From an uncultured Oscillospiraceae bacterium (GTDB lineage: Bacteria > Bacillota > Clostridia > Oscillospirales > Oscillospiraceae), in contig CALXDZ010000118.1 in assembly GCA_944387205.1 (NCBI GenBank), positions 16,309 to 80,308 on the forward strand: a DNA stretch of 64,000 nucleotides. Reading direction: 5' to 3'. Below are positions 29,669 through 38,194 of the stretch, in pieces. Each line of letters begins with the position of its first letter. The stretch's first letter is position 1. The position numbers were made by a program, and so were the translations under genes. The notes beneath the pieces are model-generated. The model saw only the letters and a list, made by a program, of their open reading frames with translations. It had not been told where the DNA came from and ran no database searches.

Positions 29669-30601
29669 TCAAATTCGCTCCGCCACCCGCAGCTTCGCAC
29701 TACGGGCCCGGGGGTTGTCCTCCAGCTCCGCCTCCTGAGAGACGATGGGCTTGCGGGTGATGAGCTTTACCTTGGGTTTTCTGCCGCAGACACACACAGG
29801 AAACTCCGGCGGACAGATACAGCCTCGAGAGAGCTCCTGCATAGTCTTTTTGACGATGCGGTCCTCCAGAGAATGGAAGGAGATCACCGCCAGGCGGCCG
29901 CCGGGCCGCAGGCCGTCCGCCGCCGCCTCCAACATGGGCGGCAGAACATCCAGCTCGCCGTTCACAGCGATGCGGATGGCCTGGAAGCTGCGCTTGGCCG
30001 GGTGCTGCTTTTCCCGCAGCGCCGCGGCAGGCATGGCGCTTTTGATGATGTCCACCAGTTCAAAGGTGGTCTCGACGGGCCGCTCCTCCCGCCGGCGGCA
30101 GATGGCCCGGGCAATGGCGGGAGCATAGCGCTCCTCACCGTATTCATACAGGATCCGCCGCAGCTCCTCCTGGGGCCAGTCATTGACCACGTCCCGGGCA
30201 CTCAGAGGCGCGCGCTCATCCATGCGCATATCCAAAGGCGCGTCGTGCATATAGGAAAATCCCCGGGCCGGGTCATCCAGCTGGGGCGAGGAGACACCCA
30301 GATCAAAGAGCATCCCGTCCACGCCGTCCACCTGAAGCTCCTGCAGGATCTCTCCCAGATGGGAAAAATTGCTGCGGACCAGGGTGACCTTGTCCATATA
30401 ATCTGTCAGCCGAACCTGGGCCGCCTCAATGGCAGCAGCGTCCTGGTCAATGCCGATGAGCCGTCCAGTGGTTAGTCGCTTGACGATCTCCAGCGAGTGG
30501 CCTGCCCGGCCCAGGGTGCCGTCCAGATAGGTACCCTCCGGCCGGATGGCCAGGGCCTCCAGGCACTCCTCCAGGAGGACCGGCTTGTGGCTCAATTCCA
30601 T
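29669..30601 (-). CDS. rsmH: 16S rRNA m4C1402 methyltransferase
   Basis: HKPVLL, DGTLGRAGHS, DLGVSSPQLD, SFHSLEDR, NPRARSAKLR. Confidence 0.97.
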   Translation of the reverse strand: MELSHKPVLLEECLEALAIRPEGTYLDGTLGRAGHSLEIVKRLTTGRLIGIDQDAAAIEAAQVRLTDYMDKVTLVRSNFSHLGEILQELQVDGVDGMLFDLGVSSPQLDDPARGFSYMHDAPLDMRMDERAPLSARDVVNDWPQEELRRILYEYGEERYAPAIARAICRRREERPVETTFELVDIIKSAMPAAALREKQHPAKRSFQAIRIAVNGELDVLPPMLEAAADGLRPGGRLAVISFHSLEDRIVKKTMQELSRGCICPPEFPVCVCGRKPKVKLITRKPIVSQEAELEDNPRARSAKLRVAERI

Positions 30602-30624
30602 TGTCCGTCCCTCTCTCCTGGGGC

Positions 30625-31044
30625 TCAAAAGCCCATCTCATCCATGGCAGCAAACATATCCTCGGTCTCCTCCTGCTCCATGGCCTTCCAGCGCTCGCTG
30701 CTCCAGATCTCCGCCCGCTTGGCCACACCGATGACGGTGACATCCTTTTTCAGTCCCGCGTAGGCCCGCAGCTTGGCAGGGATCAGGATCCGCCCCTGGG
30801 CGTCGGGCTCGCATTTGGCGGCATTGGCAAACAGAGGGCGAAGGGCCTTGGCTTTGGAATAGGGCAGGCTTTCAAACTGCTCCGTGAATTTGGACCAGCT
30901 TGCCTCAGAATAGACGGAAAGGCAGCCGTCAGCACCCATGGCGACATAAAACGTGTCCCCCAGGTCCTCCCGCAGTTTGGCAGGGATGAACAGGCGGCCC
31001 TTGGCGTCGATGGTATGGTTATAGGACCCATAGAGACCGCTCAT
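30625..31044 (-). CDS. mraZ: Division/cell-wall cluster repressor MraZ
   Basis: Two DxxGR motifs (DAKGRL, DAQGRI). Confidence 0.95.
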   Translation of the reverse strand: MSGLYGSYNHTIDAKGRLFIPAKLREDLGDTFYVAMGADGCLSVYSEASWSKFTEQFESLPYSKAKALRPLFANAAKCEPDAQGRILIPAKLRAYAGLKKDVTVIGVAKRAEIWSSERWKAMEQEETEDMFAAMDEMGF

Positions 31045-31090
31045 GCCTGCCACTTCCCTTCCGTTTTGGGCAGCGAATGGGTTTTTCGTG

Positions 31091-31124
31091 GCACTTGGCA
31101 CCACTCATCCCCACTTTCCACCAC
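31091..31124 (-). promoter_or_regulatory. MraZ-binding direct repeats
   Basis: GTGG at exact 10-nt period (ccac at 31101, 31111, 31121; gcac at 31091). Confidence 0.8.
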
Positions 31125-31410
31125 CGCTGTTCACAAGTATAAGCGAATTCAAAAAAGTTTGCAAGGAAAAGTTTCCGAGCGCAAAGTTGAAAAAACCCCC
31201 TTTTTTCTACAAAAAATCCCTTTTTTCGGAAATAAAACGCATGTTCTATTTTTTTAATTGTGGAAAACAAAAGAGCCCCACCACAATATCTTGTGGTGAG
31301 GCTCTCATGCAAGTGCAATTTACATAACAAATTTTCCCCATCGCACTCTGCGAAACGCCGGGCGCAAAAAGCATATTGTGATTTTCCACAATATATCGCC
31401 AGAAATTTTG

Positions 31411-31938
31411 TTATTTTTTTTCTGCATCCTCCTGCAACTTTTTCTGCTCCTGAAGCATTTCCTTTTGCTGCTGCATCTTCTCCGCAGAGGCAGCCCGGAA
31501 ACTGGCCCGGGACTGACGGATCTCCTCCAGAGCCATGGTGATGGCCTCCTCGGTGCGGCGGAGGGCATCCTCGGTGTACTCGTTGGTGACCCGATACATC
31601 TCCCGGGAGCGCTCCTCGGCGTGACGGATGATGTGGTGGCCCTTCTCCCGGGCGGCATTGAGCACCTCGCTCTCAGAGACCTTGGTCTTGGCATCCAGCT
31701 CCGCCTGGCGCATCATGCGCTCCACGTCCCGCTTGGCGGCCTCCACATACTCATCCCTAGCCCGCAGCAGCTCCTGGGCCCGCTTGAGTTCGATGGGCAG
31801 CTGGGCCCGCACCTCGTCCAAAAGGTCCAGAGCCTCATCCCGGTTGATGGTGCATTTTCCCTGACCGAAGGCGGCGCTCTTGGCCTCGTCGATCATGGTG
31901 TAGAGCATATCGATCAGATGATTGACATCGTTTGCCAT
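31411..31938 (-). CDS. Conserved coiled-coil protein downstream of coaD
   Basis: INRDEALDLLDEVRAQLP followed by a long A/E/R-rich coiled coil. Confidence 0.75.
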   Translation of the reverse strand: MANDVNHLIDMLYTMIDEAKSAAFGQGKCTINRDEALDLLDEVRAQLPIELKRAQELLRARDEYVEAAKRDVERMMRQAELDAKTKVSESEVLNAAREKGHHIIRHAEERSREMYRVTNEYTEDALRRTEEAITMALEEIRQSRASFRAASAEKMQQQKEMLQEQKKLQEDAEKK

Positions 31939-31981
31939 ATTGGTTCCATCCTCTCCTGTCAGGTCCGCTGTGGGACCGGGT

Positions 31982-32470
31982 TTACTGTTTTTCCTCCATC
32001 ATCCGGCGCACCAAAGGCACGATCTGGATGGGCAGGTAATTCTCCAGCGGCTGATGATACCGGATCATCTCCCGGGCCATGGTAGAGCTGAAGTATTGAT
32101 ACTCGGGAGCGGCGGGCAGAAACAGCGTCTCCAGCTCCGGAGCAAGGTTGCGGTTGATCAGGGCCATCTGCTGCTCGGCGTCAAAATCCGTGGCATTGCG
32201 GATTCCGCGGATGATGGCCGTGGCGCCATGGCGCCGGGCGAAATCCACCAGCAGCCCCGGCCACAGCTCCGCCTCCACGTTGGGCAGCGGCGCCACCGCC
32301 TGGCGCACCAGCTCCAGCTTCTGCTCCGGGGTGAACATCTGGTTCTTTTTTTCTGCGTTTGGGACCACGCAGACACACACCTGGTCGAAGCAGGCGGCAG
32401 CCCGACGGATGATATCCGTATGGCCCAGGGTAATGGGGTCAAAGCTGCCTGAACAGATTGCAGTTCTCAT
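31982..32470 (-). CDS. coaD: Phosphopantetheine adenylyltransferase
   Basis: GSFDPITLGH, IIRGIR, SST. Confidence 0.93.
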   Translation of the reverse strand: MRTAICSGSFDPITLGHTDIIRRAAACFDQVCVCVVPNAEKKNQMFTPEQKLELVRQAVAPLPNVEAELWPGLLVDFARRHGATAIIRGIRNATDFDAEQQMALINRNLAPELETLFLPAAPEYQYFSSTMAREMIRYHQPLENYLPIQIVPLVRRMMEEKQ

Positions 32471-33030
32471 TGGGGTGATTCCTCGTTTCCGGCCCGGTGG
32501 TATACGGTCAGGCCGATCTTTCCGTACCGGTAGGTGCGGTGAATGAAATAGGGCGGCGCCAGGGCTGGAAGGACCCGGTCCGCCGGATGCTCCGCCACAA
32601 TTATACCATGGGGGGAGAGAATGTCAAACCGGGCGATATGAGCCAGTGCCGGCTCCAACAGCCCCGCCTCGTAAGGCGGATCAAGGAAGATCAGGTCAAA
32701 ATGCTCCCGCAGGCTGTTGAGATATTCCTGGGCATCTCCCTGGACCACGCGGGCCCGGTCCTGGAGACCGGTAATGCGCAGATTCTCCCGGATCAGGGTG
32801 ACAGCGTCCTTCCGCCGGTCCACCAGCACCGCCGATGCAGCGCCCCGGGACAGGGCCTCGATGCCCAGCTGCCCGGTGCCGGCAAACAAGTCCAAAACCC
32901 GTCTGCCCTCGATATCAAACTGGAGGATGCTGAACATTCCCTCCTTCACCCGGTCAGTGGTGGGGCGGGTCTCCTGCCCCTCCAGTTCCTTGAGACGACG
33001 GCCCCGGGCGGAGCCAGTGATGACGCGCAT
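32467..33030 (-). CDS. rsmD: 16S rRNA m2G966 methyltransferase
   Basis: MRVITG, RPTTDRVKE, LDLFAGTG, DPPY. Confidence 0.95.
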   Translation of the reverse strand: MRVITGSARGRRLKELEGQETRPTTDRVKEGMFSILQFDIEGRRVLDLFAGTGQLGIEALSRGAASAVLVDRRKDAVTLIRENLRITGLQDRARVVQGDAQEYLNSLREHFDLIFLDPPYEAGLLEPALAHIARFDILSPHGIIVAEHPADRVLPALAPPYFIHRTYRYGKIGLTVYHRAGNEESPQ

Positions 33031-33351
33031 GGAAGGGTTCCTCCTTTGTGCTTTCCGCGGCCGGCTGTACGTGGGAAGCGGCCGTTTTTCCCTCTCCCGC
33101 CGGCATTTCAGGGAAATCCGGCGCGGAATGTTTCCATTTTAGGCCATAACTTTCTTTTTTTCAATATCCAAAGCAAATTTTTCGGGAAAAGTTCCCCCTC
33201 TTGGGCGCTAAACTTCCTTTTTTGACTTGTACTCCAATGCGAAATCGTATATAATAGATTCCTATTAAATTGTAAATTGCCCACAAGATCAAGGGGGACG
33301 GAGGACTGTCTCCGCCGCCTGCTCCAATCTCAAACGGAAAGGACGCTTTTT

Positions 33352-33702
33352 ATGATAAAATACGCAACGGACCTGGGCGAGGTCTCCGTCAGCAGCGCCG
33401 TGTTCTCCAACATCACCGGCATGGCTGCCACCAACTGCTTCGGGGTCAAGGGCATGGCCTATCGCTCCATGACCGACGGACTGGTGCACCTGCTGCGGCG
33501 TGAGGCCATGAGCAAAGGCGTAAAGATCACCTATAACGAAGACGATTCCATCTCCATTGAGCTGCACATCATTGTGGAGAACGGCGTGAACCTCACCGCG
33601 GTCTGCCGCTCCATCATGAGCGAAGTGCGCTATGTGGTCAACAAGAACACCGGCGTCACCGTCCGGGACGTGAACGTCTGCGTGGATTCCATGACCATGT
33701 GA
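33352..33702 (+). CDS. Asp23/Gls24 family protein (YloU-like)
   Basis: AATNCFGVKGM...KGV; precedes the DAK2 gene; TTGTAC-17-TATAAT promoter at 33227-33255. Confidence 0.88.
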   Translation: MIKYATDLGEVSVSSAVFSNITGMAATNCFGVKGMAYRSMTDGLVHLLRREAMSKGVKITYNEDDSISIELHIIVENGVNLTAVCRSIMSEVRYVVNKNTGVTVRDVNVCVDSMTM

Positions 33703-33716
33703 GGAGGACGAGAGAG

Positions 33717-35405
33717 ATGAACGAACAGCTGACCGGCTCCGTCTTCAAGCAGATGGTGCTGCATGGCGCAGCCGCCATCACCGCTCAGAAGCAGAGCATC
33801 AACGATTTGAACGTGTTCCCTGTCCCCGACGGCGACACGGGCACCAACATGAGCATGACCATCAACACCGCCGCCGCCGACCTGCGCAAGAAGGATCCCC
33901 AGTCTCTGGAGCAGGCCGCCTCCGTCACCGCCTCCGCCCTGCTGCGGGGTGCCCGGGGCAACTCCGGCGTCATCCTCTCGCTGCTCTTCCGGGGCCTGAG
34001 CAAGGGCCTCAAGGGCATGGAGACCTGCGACGGTGCCGCCTTCGCCAACGCCATGCAGGAGGGCGTGGCCTCCGCCTACAAGGCGGTGATGAAGCCCGCC
34101 GAGGGCACGGTGCTGACTGTGTCCCGTCTGGCCGCCAAGCGGGCCTGCGAGGTGGCCGAGGAGGGCGGCAGCCTGGAGCAGATCCTGGAGGCCGCCATCT
34201 CCGAGGGCTACACCACCCTGGCCCAGACCACGGACATGAACCCGGTGCTGAAAAAGGCCGGCGTGGTGGATGCCGGCGGCAAAGGCTACCTCATCATCCT
34301 GGAGGGTATGCTGGCCGCCTATCGGGGCGAGCCCATGCCCGAAGTGGCAGAGGAGAGCGAGATGGACAAGAACAAGGCCGACTTTGTTGCCCTCTCTGCG
34401 GAGGAGATCACCTTCGCCTTTGACACCGTGTTCATCGTCCGCAAGAATAAGCCCGACGTATGCCTGGACCCCCTGCGGAATTACCTCAACAGCATCGGCG
34501 ACAGCCTGGTGATCGGCGAGGACGACGAGGCCTTCAAGGTCCACGTCCACACCAACATCCCCGGCGACGCCCTTACCGAGTCCCAGAAGTACGGCACCCT
34601 GGAGCTGGCCAAGATCGAAAATATGCGCACTCAGGCTGACGACCTGGCCGCCGGCAGAAAGGCCCAGAGTACCGACGATCTGGACGCGGTGGAGGCAGAG
34701 CTGGAATCCGGCGAGGCCTGCGGCCATGTGGTGGCAGAGCCCACTAAGCGCTACGGCTTCCTGGCCGTCTGCGCCGGCGATGGCCTTGCTTCCCTGTTCA
34801 AGGATCTGGGTGTCGACGGCGTGGTCTCCGGCGGACAGACCATGAACCCCTCCACCGAGAGCATTTTGGACGAGATCGACAAGATCCCCGCGGAGATCGT
34901 CTTCGTGCTTCCCAACAACTCCAATATCATCATGGCCGCCCAGCAGTGCCAGGGCCTGACGGAGAAGCAGGTGGTGGTCATTCCCACCAAGACCGTGCCC
35001 CAGGGCATCACCGCCATGATGAATGTGGACTTCGAGGCCGCAGACCCCAAGGACATCGAGACCGCCATGACCGACTCCCTGTCCTCCGTCACCACCGCCC
35101 AGATCACCTATGCCGCCCGGAACTCCGACTTTGACGGCTTCGAGATCAACGAGGGCGACTATCTGGCCCTGGAGGAGGGCAAGCTCTTCGGCACCGACCG
35201 GGACATCACGGCGCTGCTGCGGAAGCTGGCCCAGGAGGCCAACGGCAAGGAGGCCGCCTTCGTATCTCTCTTCTACGGCGAGGACGTATCCGAGGCCGAT
35301 GCCCAGGCTGCCGGCGAGCTGTTCCAGGAGGCCTGTCCCGAAGCGGAGATCTCTGTGCTCCCGGGTGGACAGCCGGTATACTACTATATCATCTCCATCG
35401 AATGA
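33717..35405 (+). CDS. DAK2-domain fatty acid kinase subunit (FakA/YloV-like)
   Basis: LNVFPVPDGDTGTNM, GARGNSGVILS, VVDAGG, GGQTMNPS, GGQPVY. Confidence 0.93.
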   Translation: MNEQLTGSVFKQMVLHGAAAITAQKQSINDLNVFPVPDGDTGTNMSMTINTAAADLRKKDPQSLEQAASVTASALLRGARGNSGVILSLLFRGLSKGLKGMETCDGAAFANAMQEGVASAYKAVMKPAEGTVLTVSRLAAKRACEVAEEGGSLEQILEAAISEGYTTLAQTTDMNPVLKKAGVVDAGGKGYLIILEGMLAAYRGEPMPEVAEESEMDKNKADFVALSAEEITFAFDTVFIVRKNKPDVCLDPLRNYLNSIGDSLVIGEDDEAFKVHVHTNIPGDALTESQKYGTLELAKIENMRTQADDLAAGRKAQSTDDLDAVEAELESGEACGHVVAEPTKRYGFLAVCAGDGLASLFKDLGVDGVVSGGQTMNPSTESILDEIDKIPAEIVFVLPNNSNIIMAAQQCQGLTEKQVVVIPTKTVPQGITAMMNVDFEAADPKDIETAMTDSLSSVTTAQITYAARNSDFDGFEINEGDYLALEEGKLFGTDRDITALLRKLAQEANGKEAAFVSLFYGEDVSEADAQAAGELFQEACPEAEISVLPGGQPVYYYIISIE

Positions 35406-35553
35406 CCTATCCCAGGGGCGCCGAAACGGCGCCCCTCTTCTTTTGCCAAGGAAGGCCACCCTAAAAAAATGCGCAAAAAGAGCGGACGCCAGAGGCGTCC
35501 GCTCTTTTTCATTTTGCTTTTCAATTCCGCCTTCTCTGCAGTCCTCTGTCCCA

Positions 35554-36645
35554 TCAGACGTTGAACCGGAAGTAGATCATGTCGCCGTCCTGGACCACAT
35601 ACTCCTTGCCCTCGCTGCGCAGCAGGCCCTTTTCCTTGGCGGCGTTGACGCTGCCGCAGCGGATCATGTCGTCGTAGGCAATGACCTCGGCCCGGATGAA
35701 GCCCCGCTCGATGTCGGAGTGGATCTTTCCGGCGGCCTGAGGAGCCTTGGTGCCCTTGCGGATAGTCCAGGCACGGCACTCGTCCTTTCCATAGGTCAGG
35801 AAAGAAATGAGACCCAGCAGGGCGTAGGAGCACTTGATGAGCCGGTCCAGACCGGACTCGGCAATGCCCAGCTCCTCCAGGAACATCTGCTTCTCCTCGC
35901 CCTCCAGCTCGGCGATGTCCTGCTCCAGCTTGGCGCAGATGGGCAGCACCTGGCTGCCTTCAGCGGCGGCCAGCTCCTCCACCTGCTTGAGGTAGGGGTT
36001 GTCCGCCTGGTGGGCGAAGCCCTCCTCATCCATGTTGGCGGCGTAGATCACCGGCTTGAGGGTCAGCAGCTCAGAGGTAGCCAACAGCGCCGCGTCCTCC
36101 TCAGAGCACGCAAAGGTCCGGGCCAGCTTGCCCTCGTCCAGGTGCTTTTGCAGGGCCGTGAACAGCTCCACCTCGTGGGCAAACTTCTTGTCGCCCTTCA
36201 TGGCCTTGGTGGCCTTCTCCACCCGGCGCTGGACCATCTCCAGGTCCGCCATCACCAGCTCCAGATTGATGATCTGGATGTCCCGGAGGGGATCGGTGCT
36301 ACCCTCCACATGGATGACGTTCTCGTCGTCAAAGCAACGGACCACATGGATAATGGCGTCGGTCATGCGGATATTGGAGAGGAACTTATTGCCCAGGCCC
36401 TCGCCCTTGCTGGCGCCTTTGACCAGTCCGGCGATGTCCACAAACTCGATGACCGCAGGGGTCTTCTTGTCGGGCTCATACATTTCCGCCAGCTTGTCCA
36501 GCCGCTCGTCAGGAACAGCCACCATGCCCACATTGGGGTCAATGGTGCAGAAGGGGTAGTTGGCAGACTCGGCTCCGGCGTTGGTGATGGCGTTGAACAG
36601 CGTACTCTTGCCCACGTTGGGCAGGCCCACGATTCCTAATTTCAT
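35554..36645 (-). CDS. ychF: Ribosome-binding ATPase YchF
   Basis: GIVGLPNVGKST, NYPFCTIDPN, DIAGLV, EGKEYVVQDGD. Confidence 0.97.
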   Translation of the reverse strand: MKLGIVGLPNVGKSTLFNAITNAGAESANYPFCTIDPNVGMVAVPDERLDKLAEMYEPDKKTPAVIEFVDIAGLVKGASKGEGLGNKFLSNIRMTDAIIHVVRCFDDENVIHVEGSTDPLRDIQIINLELVMADLEMVQRRVEKATKAMKGDKKFAHEVELFTALQKHLDEGKLARTFACSEEDAALLATSELLTLKPVIYAANMDEEGFAHQADNPYLKQVEELAAAEGSQVLPICAKLEQDIAELEGEEKQMFLEELGIAESGLDRLIKCSYALLGLISFLTYGKDECRAWTIRKGTKAPQAAGKIHSDIERGFIRAEVIAYDDMIRCGSVNAAKEKGLLRSEGKEYVVQDGDMIYFRFNV

Positions 36646-36720
36646 CAAGGAAGTCTCCTTTGCTCTTTTCTAACGAGAAATTGTATCATGTTCCGCCCAA
36701 AAGCGCAAGGCCTTCCGCCC

Positions 36721-37935
36721 TCACTGCCGTTCCAGATACCAATGCAGAAGCTCCGCCGCCTCTGCCCGGGTGGCCTTGTCGCCAGGCCGCAGCAGCTCCT
36801 TGTCATTGGCAGAGACAAAACCCAGCCGCTGGAGGTACTGCACCTCCGGCCGAGCCCAGGCGCTGACCCGGAAGCTGTCCTCGTACACCGGCACTTCTCC
36901 GCTCTGCGGTGCCTGCACGCCCTGGCTTTGGAGCAACCGGGCCAGGAGCACATACAGCTCCTGCCGGGTGATAGAGTCATTGGGGGCGAACCGCTTCTCC
37001 GTCTTTCCCTGGATCAGTCCCGTCTCCCGTCCCCAGTCCACCGCTTTGGTGTACCAGCTGTAGGGTGAAACATCCACAAAGCCCGCCTTTGTCTTTGCCT
37101 GCGGTGTGCCGCAGGCCCGCCACAGCGTGGTGACCGCCATGGCCCGGGTCATGGTCTTTTCCGGGTGCCAGCCGGTACGGTCCCCGGTCATGATCCCCTT
37201 GGACTGCACATACTGGATATCCTTTTGGGCCCAGGAGGTATTCTGTTTGGCGGAGGCGGCCGCCGGCGCCCGCTTGTAGATCACGCCATCTTTCAGATCC
37301 ACGCCCCGCAGGCGGAACAGCTCGCTGACTGTGACAAAATCAAAGCCCTTGGCCCGCAGGGTATCCAGAATGGGTCCCACCGCGTCCAAATTATACTGAG
37401 TGGTATCATGGAGCAGGATGATGTCCCCGTCTCGGGCGCTGGAGATGACTTTCCTCGCCATCTGGTCTCCGGGCACCTGATTGCCCGCTGCCGGATCGAT
37501 GCTCCACAAAATCAGCGGCGCCCCCAGATTCTTTAACACTGAGTCCTTCCGCACACCAAAGGGCGTACGCACCAGAAAATCCAACAGCCCTGTGTATGAC
37601 GCCAATGCTTCCTGATTCTTTTTGATCTGCTCCCGCACCTGAGAGGGTGCAGCATCGGTCAGGTTCACATGGTCGTAGGTATGGCTGGCGATCTCATGCC
37701 CCTCCGATACCATCCGGTCCAGCAGCGCCTGCTTCCCCGGCAGCCATTTGCCCACCATGAAAAAGGTGGCCTTGACGTTTCGCTTGTCCAGCTCATCCAG
37801 CACCTGGGGTGTATACACCGGACTGGGCCCGTCATCAAAGGTGATGGCCAGCAGCTTGGCCGCATGGACCGGCCGAACCAAGCACAAAGACAACACCAGC
37901 GCCAGCAGTACCAGCGCCGATACTCTGCATTTCAT
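36721..37935 (-). CDS. Secreted polysaccharide deacetylase with SLH domains
   Basis: Signal peptide, TFDDGP, HTYDH, ILLHD (NodB); C-terminal SLH repeats (TRA/TRQE/TRAE). Confidence 0.9.
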   Translation of the reverse strand: MKCRVSALVLLALVLSLCLVRPVHAAKLLAITFDDGPSPVYTPQVLDELDKRNVKATFFMVGKWLPGKQALLDRMVSEGHEIASHTYDHVNLTDAAPSQVREQIKKNQEALASYTGLLDFLVRTPFGVRKDSVLKNLGAPLILWSIDPAAGNQVPGDQMARKVISSARDGDIILLHDTTQYNLDAVGPILDTLRAKGFDFVTVSELFRLRGVDLKDGVIYKRAPAAASAKQNTSWAQKDIQYVQSKGIMTGDRTGWHPEKTMTRAMAVTTLWRACGTPQAKTKAGFVDVSPYSWYTKAVDWGRETGLIQGKTEKRFAPNDSITRQELYVLLARLLQSQGVQAPQSGEVPVYEDSFRVSAWARPEVQYLQRLGFVSANDKELLRPGDKATRAEAAELLHWYLERQ

Positions 37936-38194
37936 GGAGCAACTCCTTTCTTCTGCCTTGTAAGCTCTCCGTTTTCTCTTCGGGAGAACCGCTTCCCCAT
38001 TGGGGATTTTTGAATGGTATACATTTGTCTACTAAATCATAGCAAAGAGGTAGACGGATGTCAACCTCTTCTTTTTTCGACAGCCTTCGGCCGCTCCTCC
38101 CAGCTTTCCCACCTTTTCGCTGGAATATACACAAAAAAAGGTGCCTGCCGCTTTTGCGGCAGGCACCTCACTGCGTGCAGCATCTGCAAAACGA

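Noticed and set aside
38076-38082. Isolated Spo0A box TTCGACA upstream of the deacetylase gene
   Set aside because: A single 7-mer is expected by chance several times in 64 kb.
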